A stretch of DNA of 64,000 nt from Mobula hypostoma (GCF_963921235.1 NC_086097.1:230704001-230768000), one strand, 5' to 3'. Shown: positions 12,860 through 25,829, numbered from the stretch's first letter. Notes: generated from the sequence alone by a model not told the origin. Program-made: numbers and translations.

Positions 12860-14410
12860 TATTGCATTGACTTTATTACTTACATCCTTCAGATACGTGA
12901 GGAGTAAAAATCTTTGTGTCTCTGTCTGACTATGTGCAATGTATAATTTGTAGTGATTTGTAATAAATAGTATTTACAGTAAGATATAAAACCGAACAAT
13001 ATAGCTTAGAAATACAATTGTGTCAGCGTGTGTTCATCAGTCTGATGGCCTAGTGGAAGAAGCTGTCCCGGAGCCTGTTGGTCCTGGCTTAAATGCTGAG
13101 GTACTGTTTTCTGGATGGGAGCAGCTGGAACAGTTTGTGGTTGGGGTGACTCGGGTCCCCGGTGATCCTTCGGGCCCTATTTACACACCGGTCTTTGTAA
13201 ATGTCCTGAATAGTGGGAAGTTCACATCTACAGATGCACTGGGCTGTCCGCACCACTCTCTGCAGAGTCCTGCAATTGAGGGAAGTACAGTTCCCATACC
13301 AGGCAGTGATGTAGCCAGTCAGGATGCTCTCAATTTTGCCCCTGTAGAAACTCCTTAGGATTTGGGGAATGCCAACCTTCTTCAACTATCTGAGGTGAAG
13401 AGGCACTTTTGTGTTTTTTTTTTCACCTCACATGTACAGACCATGTGAGATCCTTGGTGATGTCTATGCCAAGGAACTTAAAGCACTGTTCACCCTCTCA
13501 ATCCCAGATCCATTGTTGTCAATAGGGGTTAGCCTGTCTCCGTCTCTCCTGTAGTCCACAACCAGCTCCTTTGTTTTTGAGACATTAAGGCAGAGGTTGT
13601 TTTCTTGACACCACTGTGTCAGAGTGATGACTTCTCTGTAGGCTGCCTCGTTACTATTTGAGATAAGGCCAATCAATGAGGTATCATCTGCAAATTTAAT
13701 TAGCAGATTGGAGCTGCAGGTGGTGACACAGTCGTGAGTGTACAGAGAGTAAAGCCCTGGGGGCTGCAGTGTTGAGGGTCAGAGGTGAGGGAGCCCACTC
13801 ATACCACTTGCCGGTGAATTGACAGGAAGTCCAGGATCCAGCTGCACAAGGCAGGGTGAAGGCCGAGGTCTCTGAGATTCTTGTCAAGCCTGGAAGAAAT
13901 TATGGTGTTGAATGCTGAACTGTAGTTCAGGAACAACATTATCACATAACCGTCCCTCCTCTCTAGGTGTATAAGGACAGTGTGAAGAGCTGTGGCTATT
14001 GTGTCATCTGTTGATCGGTTGTGTCGGTAGGTGAATTGTAAGGGGTCCAGTGTGGGTGGTGGCAAGCTGCAGATGTAGTCTTTGACCAGCGTCTCAAAGC
14101 ACATTGAGGTGAGTGCGACAGGACGCCTGTCGTTCAGACAAGTTATGTTGGTCTTTTAATGTACAGGGACAATGGTGGATGTTTTGAAGCAGGAGAGCAA
14201 TCCGGTCCCGCAGCTTTGCAACTGTTCACTTGTTGGAAAGTGCGTACTTCACCCTCAGGGATGACCAAGGTGCTGGTCACGTCGGTGGCTCTCCTCGGGC
14301 TCAGTGTTGGCGACATCAAACCAAGCATGTAAAAAAAAAACAAACAAGCAAACAAAAAAAGATTTAGTTCATCTGGGAGAGAGGCAGCGACGTTGGCAGC
14401 ACTACTCAGT
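12860..14410 (-). mobile_element. Rex1/Babar-type non-LTR retrotransposon, decayed
   Basis: CFETLVKDYICS...LDPLQFTYRHNRSTDD...[61 protein letters not shown]...HPNHKLFQLLPS. Confidence 0.88.
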
Positions 14411-14529
14411 TTGTCTTTTTTTTATATATCTTTTAACTATTTCCATGAAACTATTGCTAATTGGGAGGTTGTGGAAGATGTTGAAGATTTAGACCAAAGG
14501 CTCTACCCACCAGGGTGGAAAATGGCTAA

Positions 14530-16395
14530 AGGAGTGCAAGACATTCTTCTTGGTGCTTGTGAAAAGGTTGACTTCTTACTTAATGGAGAACCACTGTATC
14601 AACACATCCATCCAGAAAGGTGACATCCCGGGTTTTTCTGGATGCCTTGAACATACGTCAATAATCAGCCAATTGATCCATGAGTCCAGGCAGAAGAAAG
14701 ATGACCTAACAGTCATCTGGTTAGACCTAGCCAACTCCTACAGGTTAATTCCACACATCCTCATCCAAATTGACCTGGATCACTACCATATCCTGCCAGT
14801 AACGTGAGACGTGATCACCAGCTAACTAAGAGAATTCAAGCTACGCTTCACTTCAGCCCACTTTACAACCAGGTGCAAGACCTCCGAAAGGGATTCCAAT
14901 CTGCTGTACCATGTTGCTTGTCATGGGTATGAACCTCCTCATATCAGACCCAGTGTTGGAGCCTGACATTTGACAACCTACAATACGGGCTTCACAGATG
15001 ACATCACAGTAACCACTGTAACCCATGCCCAAATAAGATGGGTACTGGAAACCTTGGACGATGAAGATCATCCTAGCCCAGGTAGCATAAAGCCAGGAAA
15101 TCCAGATGCATGGTGATCAAAAAGGGCATGGTTACTAGCAAGTTCAGTCTTGAAATACAGGAAGAAGTCATTCCATCTATAGAGGACAACCCAGTAAAGT
15201 GTCTTGGAAAGTGGTTTAATGCAGACATGATAGACAGCACCAGCATCACTGACACTGTAAAGCAGACTGAAGATGATCGGCAAAATGGGACTCCCTGGTA
15301 AATTTAAGACATGGCTGTACCAGCTTGGTCATCTACCAAGGCTGCTCTGGCTTTTCAGGAAGGAAAAAGAACCGAGAGGAAAGTCAACAAGTACATGTGG
15401 AAATAGCTGAGGATCCCCACAAGTTTTTCTTCAGAGGGGCTCTGCGTAAGATCAGCCCAGCTACAGCTCCTGTTGTCATCAGTAATGGAGGAGTTCAAGA
15501 TGGCAAAGTGTAGAGTTGTGCTAACACTAACTCCAAGCAGGAGTCACAAGATCAGGATGAAAGTGGGCTGCCAACTCTGCCATAGACCAAGCAGTGAGCT
15601 CCCTGTGATTGAGAGACATCATCGGCAACCCAGGCCAGGGACGGCTCTGCACACTCCCAGTGATTGGGGAGTGCAAGTGTAAGGGATGGGCATGACACGA
15701 CCAGGCAGAGGTATGGACCGCAAGGCTGAAAGGTGGGTATCAAAGGCAGTGGATTTGGGGCTCACAGGGCACCTGGATGAAATATATCTTCCCAAGCGCA
15801 AGATCACTTGGGCAGAGCTTTGGAGACAAGATCCTGCTGTCCCTTGCTGATGCACAGGAGCGGGAGAGGTGTGAAAAGAGACCAGCTGGCAGAGAGGTAA
15901 ACAGGGCAGTCATTTTCATCGATGAGAGGGCCACGACAGTCATATCAAAGAGGCCTAAATCCAATCTGCTGCAAACTGCCAAGTCATGGGAGATGAGGGT
16001 CGATGTGGAGAGGAAGCTGCAGTTTCCGGAGGTGGTATAAGCCACATTTCAATCAGATATTGTACTGTGATCCACCGAAGACAAGAAAATCATTCTGGTG
16101 GAGCTCATGGTACCACGGGAGGAAGGATGCGAGGAGGCCCTGAAGTACCAGTCCTTGATCCAGGAGCACAGGGAGAATAGATGGCAGACGTGGCTATTCC
16201 CTGTGGAGATCGGCTGTAGAGGGTTCCGACAAGGTCGGCATGGAGGTTGCTGTCTGCGCCAGGACTTGATGAAAAGAGCAAGGACCAAGCAGCTGGCAGG
16301 AGCGGGGAGGAAGCAGGAAGAGCCTCTTGCTGGATATGGAGCAGGAGAGAGGAGTTGAACTGGCAGTCAGGAGCAGATGGAGAGTGACCTGGCCA
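14530..16395 (+). mobile_element. HERO/NeSL-type (R2 superfamily) non-LTR retrotransposon with restriction-like endonuclease, pseudogenised
   Basis: RT motifs KRLTSYLMEN..INTSIQKGDIPGFSGCLEH and VIWLDLANSY..IPH. RLE motifs WEMRVD..KLQFP, (P)DIVL..KKIILVELMVPREEGCEEA, KYQSL, WLFPVEIGCRGF. Confidence 0.85.
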
Positions 16396-17639
16396 GAACA
16401 CACTCTGTCTCTGTGTGTGTCTCTCCCCACAATCCTCTTCTGTTAGTTCCTGATTTTTGAAGAGGTCTGCTTGTTGGGAAGGTTCATTATTTAACTGACA
16501 AATAATTACTCTGCTTTGTGACCTTGAAGATGCTCAATAAACCACTGCAATTCTCAGATGAATATGGAGGAGGCTGATGTCAAAGCAGGGTGCAGTGGAT
16601 ATTATCAGCAGATCAGGCAGCATCTGTGTAAAGTGAAACAGAGTTAACATTGAACTCCAAACCTTGGCCTGAGCTGTCACAGTAACTGCTGCACTGCTGT
16701 GGTGCCCCATGTATTTGTCTTACAGCTGCACAAGAAAGGAGTGAGATTCCATCATGAGGGAGTGTAAGGGTACAAAGGAGGACACATTTCTGGTGTGATG
16801 CTGGAAGAGAGCAGATGTGTTTTATGGTGGCGAAATTAAAAATGATCCATTAAATGTAATGTGGTGAAAATGATGGAGTGAGCACCAACTACAGGAATTG
16901 GAACAGATATGGCATAGGATCCTGTCAACTATGGAGATGTTTTGCTCATGTGAGGTAATATAGAGATTTTGTCCATCATCCTGGTGGTGGTGTACATTCT
17001 GAGGTGCTTGTTCATAATAAAGACAAACTTGGCATGGGTTATGTGCAAACACTTTATTACCAAACAGCTGCTCAACCCTGTGCGCACACATCCAGGTCAC
17101 CATCGTAGCTTCCAGTTCCAGGTGAACCCCTCACATTGCCCACTTGGAAGTGAAGTTTTTTTATTATGCACACATAATAATACATCTACCACGTTGAGAG
17201 AAAAACAAATACCATACTATGTCCTCATAAACCTGCAAGTAACAATCCTTTCCAAAGATATCTGCATTCCATAGCCAGCCTACTTTTTTTTATTTTTCAG
17301 TTGTTCAGCATTTCATCCTCAATTGTAATGAGTAACCACAGCCCCTTATACACTCAGCAACTTTCAATCAGTCTCTGAAGTTGTTTAACAATCCTTCTTG
17401 GTCTATTTCCTCAGGTATATTGCTTGCATTTGCTGCGTTAATATTTGTCTTTCTGAGGACTTTTATCAACATGTTTTTTTTAATATTTGCTGGCACCTTT
17501 GGTGTACTGACCGGTGATGCGTTTAAAGCTATGGGTTGGAGCTTGTGGTCATAGATTCATATGGTTGCTTGTCAGAGGTGTGCCTGTCTCTGTCTGGTTC
17601 TGGTTGGAATGTGGAGCTACTTCCTCTTGCACAAATCCT

Positions 17640-17970
17640 TGCACGGACCACGTGCCAGAATTGTGATCTCAGGTTTGCAATCATCCATGATGTGTCCTCT
17701 TCTCATTGTAACCATCAAGGAGGAGGTACAGAATCAAATGTTTCAGGAATAGCTTCCCACCCCCACACCCCATCTCCACTAGATTTCTGAATGGTCAATG
17801 AACGCATGAACACTACCTCAGTATTTTATTTCCTCCACTTTTGCACTAATTGAATTGAATTTTCTTTTTTAATATATACTTATTATAATTTATAGTTTAA
17901 TTATAATAGATTGCAATGTACTGCTACCACAAAACAACAAACTTAATGACGTATGCTAGTGATATATGCT
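17640..17970 (+). mobile_element. Rex1/Babar 3' end fragment
   Basis: ttctcattgtaaccatcaaggaggaggtacagaa...ttcaggaatagcttc and the ...aaaacaacaaacttaatgacgtatgctagtgat tail, as in 41790-42370. Confidence 0.7.
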
Positions 17971-17994
17971 GAAATCAGTGCAAGAGGTTGCTAT

Positions 17995-18126
17995 GGTGAC
18001 GTAATGTGAGGTTTACAGCAGGGTGAAGTTAGTACGAAACGTCATTCTTTGGTGATGTAGCGTGAGGTTTACAGCAGGGTGAAGTTAGTACGAAACGTCA
18101 TTCTTTGATGTAGTGTGTGAGGTTTA
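17995..18126 (+). repeat. 56-bp tandem repeat, ~2.3 copies
   Basis: Units 17995-18050 and 18051-18106 share gtgaggtttacagcagggtgaagttagtacgaaacgtcattcttt exactly; a partial third unit follows. Confidence 0.92.
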
Positions 18127-18773
18127 AGAAGAACAACAGTGTTTTCAGCTCTTTTTAGTGGGCTGCAGTCAGCACAGAGCCCATAAAAGGAAAGGTATAA
18201 GTGGTCAGGCTTTGGCCAAGCACATGGAGGCTCGGTCAGTACATTAGGATTTTTTTTTTTGTTAGTATATAGTTAGTGTGCTGAGAATTGGTCTGGAGGT
18301 GATGGTATGTTCTTCATGTGAGATGTTGGAACTCTGCGAGACCTCCAGTCTCCCTGATAACTTCATCTGCATAGAGTGCATTGAGCTGCAGCTCCTTAGG
18401 GACTGTGTTGAGAATCCGGAGCTGCTCCTCAATGATTTTTGGATCATATGGGAGAATGAGGAGATGATTGATAGGAGCTACAGGAAGGTAGTCACCCTAA
18501 GTTGCAGGAGGCAGGTACCTGGGTGACTGTCAGGAAAGGGGATAAGGTAACCAGTACAGAGTTACCCCTATGCTCATTCCCCTCGATAAGTACACTGCTT
18601 TGGGACTGTTGGAGAGAACAACCGACCAGGGGAAGCTGGTGACCAGGCACTGAGGCTGGCTCTGTGGCTCAGAAGTGAAGGAGGGAGACGAGGAGTACAG
18701 CAGTGATGGGGGATTCATTAATTAGAGGAGCAGAAGACAGATTCTGTGGACGTGAAAGAGACACCAGAATGGT

Positions 18774-18867
18774 CCTGACGAAGGGTCTCGGCCTGAAACG
18801 TCGACTGCGCCTCTTCCTATAGATGCTGCTTGGCCTGCTGCGTTCACCAGCAACTTTGATGTGTGTT
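18774..18867 (+). ncRNA. Minimal type I hammerhead ribozyme in a 94-bp Penelope-derived insertion with 11-bp TSD
   Basis: CUGACGA 18775-18781, stem II gggt-ctcg-gcct, GAAAC 18795-18799, GUC 18800-18802, stem I ggtc/gact. TSD ACCAGAATGGT at 18763-18773 and 18868-18878. Confidence 0.75.
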
Positions 18868-20487
18868 ACCAGAATGGTATGTTGCCTCCCAGCTGTCAGG
18901 GTCGGTGATGTCTCAGATCAGGGCCATGGCATTCTAAAGTGGAGGTGTGAACAGCTGGAAGTCTTGGTGCATGTTGGTACCAATGACATGGGTAAGAAGA
19001 GGGAGGATATCCCAGAGAGAGAATATAGGGAGTTGGACAAAATTGAAAGGCAGAACTTCCAGGGTCATTATCTCTGGATTGCTGTCCGTGCCACAGGCCA
19101 GTGGGGGTAGGATGATCTGGCAGATAAATGTGTGGCTGCCGAATTGGAGCAGGTGGCAGTGACTCAGATTTCTGGAACATTAGGATCTTTTCTGAGCAAG
19201 GTATGACTTGTACAAGAAGTTGCATCTGAGCCCAAGGGGGACCAATAATCTTAGCAGGTTTGCTGGAGCTGTTGGAGAGGGTTTAAGTTAATTTGGCAGG
19301 GAGATGGGAACTGGGGTGGTAGGACTGTGGACGTGGCAGTTGCTATACAGCTAGATGCACTGTGCAGTGAGATTGTGAGGAAGGACAGGCAGATGATAGG
19401 GCAAAATTGCAGTCAGTGGGACAGGTTGCAGTGTAACAGTGGGGTAAAATTGAAAAGGGTGATGAATATAGGACTGGGATATTATATTTGAATGCAAGCA
19501 GTAAATGAAACAAGGTAGATTATCTTGTAGCACAGTAAGAGATTGGCAGGTATGGTATTGTGGGTGTTTGAGTTGTAGCTGAAAAAAGATTGTAGTTGGG
19601 AGCTTAACATCCAAGGATGCACACTGTATTGAAAGAGCAGGCAGGTAGGCAGAGGGGTTGAGGTGGTTCTGTTGGTAAAATTGAAATCAAACCCATAGAA
19701 AAAGGTGACATAGGATTGAAAGATGGGTTGAGTTAAGACACTGCGAGGGTAAAAACTCCCTGATGAGAGATGTATTCAGACCTCTAAACAGTGGGATAAA
19801 GGCGTGTCAAAAGGGCAATATTACGATAGTCATAGGGGATTTCAAAATGTAGGTAGTTTGGGTTAATCGGGTTGTTGGTGAATCCCAAGAGAGAATTTGT
19901 AGAACGTCTCTGAGTTGGCTTTTTAGAGCAGGTTATAGTCGAGTCCATTAGGGGGATGACAATTCTGGATCGGGTGTTCTGTAATGAACCAGATTTGATT
20001 AGGGAGCTTGGGGTAAAGAACCCTTGGAGGCAGTGATAATATGATAGAATTCACCCTGCAGTTTGAGAGGGGGGCAAATAAAGTCAGATGCATCGGTATT
20101 ACAGTGGAGGAAAGAGGAACTACAGGGGCATGAGAAAGGGGCTGGCCAAAGGTGATTGGAAGGGGATGACGGCAGATCAGCAACGGCTGGTGTATCTGGG
20201 AGAAATCTGGAAGGCACAGGATTGATACATCCCAAAGAATGATGAGGCAACATTAGTTGACCATGGAAGTCAAAGAGATGGCACATAATATAGCAAAAAT
20301 TAGTGGGAAGTTAGCAGATTATGCAGCTTTTAAAAAGCACCAGAAGGCAACTAAAATACCATGGAGAGAAAAGATGAAATATGAAGGTAAGCTCACCAAC
20401 ATAAGCGGATACAATTTTTTTTTTAAGTTATATGAAGTGTAAAAGGCTCATGAGAGCGGATATTGGACTGCTGATAAATGACACTGG

Positions 20488-20598
20488 ACTTCATTCAGTT
20501 AGTCCTGATGAAGGGTCTCGGCTCAAAACGTCGACTGTACCTCTTCCTAGAGATGCTGCCTGGCCTGCTGCATTCACCAGCAACTTTTATGTGTGTTG
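20488..20598 (+). mobile_element. Penelope-derived insertion with mutated hammerhead (GAAA to AAAA)
   Basis: agtcCTGATGAagggtctcggctcAAAAcgtcgact...cctgctgcattcaccagcaacttttatgtgtgttg, inside the CR1. Confidence 0.75.
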
Positions 20599-22738
20599 CC
20601 GGAGATTTAGTAATGGGAGAGAAAGAAATAGTGGGCAAATTTACTAGGTATATTACATTGGTGTTCACTGTGGCAGATACCAGCAGTATGGTGGAAGTTC
20701 CAGAGTGTCAGGAGGCAGAAGTGAATGAAGTTGCTATCACTAAGGAAAGGGTGCTTGGGAAGCTGAAAGGTCTGAAAGTGGGTAGGTCACTCGGGCCAGA
20801 TGGACTACCCCCCAGGGTTCTGAAAGATGGCTGAAGAGATTGTGGGGCCATTAGCCGTGATCTTTCGAGAATCACTAGATTCTGGAATGGTTCTGGAGGT
20901 CTAGAAAATTGAAAATGTCACTCCACTCTTTAACAAGGGAAAATAAAGGAAACTATAGGCCAGTTAGCCTGACTTCAGTGGTTGAGAAGATATTGGAGTC
21001 CATCATTAAGAATGAGATTTCAGGGTATTTGGAGGCACATGATAAACCAGGCCAAAGTCAGCATGGTTTCCTTGAGGGAAAATCTTGCCTGACAAATCTG
21101 TTGGAATTCTGTGAGGAATTAGCAGACAGGATAGACAAAGGAGAGTCAGTGGATTTTTTTTTTTTGATATTCAGAAGGTCTTTGACAAGGTGCTCAGGAG
21201 GCTGCTTAGCAAGATAAGAGCCCATGATATTACATGAAGCATACACACATGGGTAGAAGATTGGCTGACAGGCAGGAGGCAAGGAGTGGGAATAAAGGGG
21301 CCCCTTTTCTGATTGGCTACTAGTGAGTAGTAGAGTGTCACAAGGGTCGCTGTTGACTTGTGTAATTTGTGTTACCATTCCTTTTCACGTTACATGTCAA
21401 TGATTTGGATGAAGGAATTGTTGACTTTTTGCTTAAGTTTGCAGATGTTACAAAGATCAGTGGAGGGGCAGATAGTGTTGAGGAAGCAGGTTGTTTGTAG
21501 GACTCGGACTGAGGGAATGTACAAAGTGCAGACGGAATATAGTGCAGGGAAATGCATAGTCATGCACTTTGATAGAGGAAATAAAGGCGTGGACTAATTT
21601 TTTTTTAATGGGGAGAAAGTTCAAAAATCAGACCTGCAAAGGGACCTGGGAGTCCTGCTGGATTCCCTAAGTTAGCTTGTAGTTTGAGTTAGTGGTAAGG
21701 AAAGTAAATGTAATGTTAGCATTTATTTTCAGAGGACTAGAATATAAAAGCAAGGATGTGATGCTGAGGCTTTATAAGCCATTGGTTGGACTGCACTTGA
21801 GATATCGTGAGCAGTTTTGGACTGCTTATCTAAGAAAAGATGTTCTGGCATTGGAGACGGTCCAGAGGAGATTTGCATGAATAATCGCTGCAATGATTAA
21901 CATAGGAGTATTTGGCTCTGGTCCTGTATTCACTGGAGTTTACAAGAAAGGGGTTTCAATGAGATCCCACCCCCCCCCCAAATGAATATTGAAATGTTTA
22001 GATAGCAATAATGTGGGGAGGATATTTCCTCTTGAGGGAGAACCTAGAACCAGAGGGCTCAGCCTTAGAATTGTGGGCTATCTATTTAGAACAGAGATGA
22101 GGAAAAATTGCTTTAGCCAAAGAGTGGTGAATCTGTGGAATTCATTACCACAGACAGCAGGGCATGGCAAATGACTGGGTATGTTGAAGGTGGTGGTTGA
22201 TAGGGTCTTGATTCATCAGGGTATTCATGAGTAATTGGGGGAGTTTAAAAAAAAAACTGCAGTTGCTGGATGTCTGGAAAGAAAATATTTTTTTCAAGAA
22301 GTCTTTGGCATATCAGGTACCTGTGGAAAGAAATGGCTATTATTCTGATTTCACCACCCTTGTCTGATATTGAGGGTTCAGTCTGAAATGATAGCTGTTT
22401 CCCTATCCACAGATTCTGCTTGATCTGTCAAGTTTCCTGCAATTTGATTTGTTTTAATCTCCAGGTAATATTTGTAGAATGGGACGAGAGTGCGTTTTAA
22501 TTAAAATTTTAAGATGTTTATTTCATGTTCGGGTAGATCATTGAGAACAGTATTTTTTGTAAATAGTGGAAAGTGATTAGTTATATAGAACACATCAATG
22601 AGGAATACAATGTTTCTGCTTCATGAATTGGCCATGCCAGAGCATCCAAGCATCTGGTTTTAGTAGATAATCTCCTTTGATCAGACCTGATTTGACATTT
22701 CCAGGTCATCATCAATAGGCTGTTAAAACTTGCAGTTC

Positions 22739-23664
22739 CATTGGACAACCCAACAAAGATTTTTTTTGAATCTTTGGGTGAGTACTTTTCTGAATACTTT
22801 TGGGTGTATCTTATGAACTTTAGGCTGCTGATTATGAAACTTCCCTATCACATGCCATTTAAAAAAAAATGCCTATGTTCATTAGTTCAATTCATAATTC
22901 AAGTCAATGAAAGCGTTGCCCATTATGTCGGCTGAAAAGTTTTCTATCTTCTCCAGTCATCCTTGGGCATGCTTGGGCAGGGCAGGTTTTAGAAAGGCCA
23001 TAAATTTCTCTGAAGGATTTCAATAGTTGAACAGATGTTTCCCCAGAATAATTGATGCCAAAATTAAGGAAGGCACTTTTGTTGGTCCACAAATCAAACA
23101 GGTCATCAATGACAGGCAATTCAAAGAACTTCTAATGGGACTGGAGAAAAATGCATGGAAGGCATTCGAGGATGTTGTTGAAAATTTTCTTGGCAACTAC
23201 AGAGCACCAAACTTCATGCAGCTGGTTTGACAACATGCTTCAAGCCTACAAAACCATAAAGTGCAACATGTCACTAAAGATTTATTTTCTGCATTCCCAT
23301 TTAGACTACTTCCCTGCAAATCTTGGCACTGTCTGTGATGGTAATGGTGAAAGGACATGGAGAAATGGAATCAGGAAACTGCAATCCATCAGTGCTGGCT
23401 GATTATTGTTGGCACTTAAGCAAGAAGCCTCAGACACAGTACAAATGAAAATCATCAACAAAACATTTTTAGCTGAGTTGAACTATTGCAAAGTGTCAGC
23501 ATCATTATGCAATTAAACACATTCAATATAAGTTAATTTCTTGTTTCTACAAGTTCCTACATGATACAAGCAGTCTGAAATTATATTTCTGTTCATCTTC
23601 AAGTGGTCTATCATAAACAAAAAAAATTGAGGAAACAACACTTTCAAAAAAAAATTGTCCAGTG
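22739..23664 (+). mobile_element. Internally deleted Chapaev3-like (CMC) DNA transposon with transposase C-terminal remnant
   Basis: FPRIIDAKIKEGTFVGPQIK...AWKAFEDVVENFLGNY / MLQAYK..CNMSLKIYFLHSHLDYFPANLG..D.NGER. Termini CATTGGACAA (22739) and TTGTCCAGTG (23655-23664), followed by TTA. Confidence 0.72.
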
Positions 23665-23748
23665 TTATTAGTAAGTATGTTTGACAATAGCAAAGTACTA
23701 TATTTGCAAATGAAACTGATTATTATTCTAATGTTTCTCAATTCCCAG

Positions 23749-23918
23749 AGCTGTGACAGCATTACAGCAGTGCAAAAACAAAGTGGATGCCATCCTAAAA
23801 GGAAAACATCTATCTCTTCTATTCCAAGGAATAGGGCAATTCAACGATCAAATTCTGTTTGCAAAATTGTCAGACAAGATGAACAATGAGGTAGTATCTA
23901 CATTAGGAGCCATAGCAG
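23749..23918 (+). CDS. AKAP7-like gene, exon C
   Basis: Acceptor ttctcaattcccAG, donor CAG|GTgaga. Translates (R)AVTALQQCKNKVDAILKGKHLSLLFQGIGQFNDQILFAKLSDKMNNEVVSTLGAIA, compare AKAP7 LLQGKHLTLPFQGIGTFGNQVGFVKL. Phase 2 in, phase 1 out. Confidence 0.92.
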
Positions 23919-25259
23919 GTGAGAAAATTTACCGAGTAATCTAATTTATGATTTTAAAGATTGTTTAACTGCATTACCCGAAAAGATGAGTTTACAAACT
24001 TAAGTGCTGGACATTTCCTTAACCATGTTAAAAATATGGATAAGCAACCTAATAGATGTTCAGCTTGTTCACCCAGAATTAGTTTTTGCAAATTACTGAA
24101 AAGGTTGCTTACATTCTGTCTCTTTGATTTTCATTAGAAAAATTAATTGGATAATACATCTTCTAATTACTTAGCTGTAATTGATTCAACAATAGCAAAG
24201 AACGATTTAGATTTTTACTGCTAGAAGCTGTAAACAGCTAATGCAATTTTAATTGTAGGAAAAGGTGCAGTGTGATCTAGATCAGAATACCAAATGGCCA
24301 CTTAGCAGGAATGCTTTCTCTCCAGGGCATTGGAGTGATCCTCACATAACCTTGGCTAATGCCGGCAACATCTGAAGGACTGCTTTACTGTCGCTTAGAT
24401 AAGAAGATAAACGAGGTGTGGATTCAAAGTCTTAGGTAGTAACTGCTTTGCAGGCGTTCCAATCCAGAGTAAATCTCTTCCTCACAACTACTGCCCCTCT
24501 CCCCAACCCCCAAAGAAGCAATACAATATCAGATTATTTGGTCTAAATCATACCTGACTGTACGATCTTGTTAGAGGTGACAATAAAAGCTGGTAGGGTG
24601 AAGTGGCGTACCGGGAAGAAAATGGCTAAATACCATGCATTGTAGATCAGCAAAGTTATTACAGCTGTGCTGGTAGAAATTTATATCACTTTCTTGTATT
24701 GTGAATTACTGCTGCATTGCCTCCATTTTAACTATGCTTAACGGAGTGAATCACTTCATATCCTGTGATTAAGGGCCATCTTTATTTTCTCCCTCTTTCT
24801 TCATTTGTCATCGACTTGCACGTGTGGCCAGAACCAAAAGAATGCCTTTGCCTTTCCTCGGCCATTTCGTGTAGATTTTGAAATGCTTGCTAAAGTTTAT
24901 CGAACATTCACGTTCCTTCTTCCCCGGTACCCACCCACCATCGTCCAATGGTGTGAGTTAATTGCTTGCTTCGCTAGAGAAGCTATGTAAACTCCAGTTT
25001 TACATTTGGTCAATTTCTTTTTTTTCCCAATTGCCCCTTACTGGCTGATTTACAAGGATCACCTCCCTTCTGGTGGTTCCCCGTGAACTAAGAGGCGTGA
25101 GGAGTGATAGACTTTGAGTCTAAGTATATTACAATATTGAATGTTCTCTGGGCATAGAGTACATGTCTTTTCACATTACCCCCATCTCTCTGGCTACTCT
25201 TCAGCCTTCGTCCCCCTACTATCCTGAAGTTTGCATATGGAGGCTGATTCTAACTTGTT

Positions 25260-25780
25260 TTTTGAACAGAGTACAGCCCAGGAACAAGCCACTTGCCCTA
25301 CAATGTTTTGCCAATCCAGCTATAGAGCAAATTAAAAACACCCAAACACTATCCCCGCCGATCTATACCAGGTCCCTATCCCTTCGTCTTTGCATCCATG
25401 TGCCAATCCAAATGGCTATTAAACGCTTCTAATGTATGTGCATCTACCACCATACCAGACGGTGCATTCCAGACATCTATACGGCGGGGGGGGGTGAGAA
25501 TTTCTCCTCACATCCCCCTTGAACTTAACCCCTCTCACCTTCAGTGCATGCCCTCTGGTATTAAACATTTCAACCCTGGGTGAGAGAGATGCTCCCTGAC
25601 TACTCTGCCTTTCATAATCTTACAAACTTCTATCAGAACCTTCCTCAGCCTCTGCTGCTCCAGAGAAAGCAACCCACGTTTATCCAGCCTCTCCTGATAG
25701 CACATGCTCTCTAAACCAGGCAGCATCCTGGTGAACCTCTTCTGCACCCTCTCCAAAGCCTCAGCATCCTTCCTATATCA
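25260..25780 (-). mobile_element. CR1 LINE 3' fragment
   Basis: ERVQKRFTRMLPGLESMCYQERLDKRGLLSLEQQRLR. Confidence 0.82.
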
Positions 25781-25829
25781 ACAAGTTGTATATCGAACTT
25801 GGCTCTTTTTTTGATCTGCAGTGTTCACT

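Larger units (their letters stand above)
18130..22235 (+). mobile_element. Near full-length decayed CR1 LINE (ORF1 zinc finger/leucine zipper and esterase, ORF2 EN-RT, 3' end)
   Basis: VCSSCEM...FICIECIELQLL (ORF1 CxxC...CxxC), LEVLVHVGTNDMGK (SGNH esterase), GPDGLPPRVLK, NYRPVSLTSVVEKILESII, SQHGFLEGKSCLTNLLEF, FSQRVVNLWNSLP. Confidence 0.88.

Noticed and set aside
17995..18126. CRISPR-like array or hammerhead (contains GAAACGTC)
   Set aside because: The units are contiguous with no unique spacers, the context is eukaryotic, and there is no CUGANGA box.
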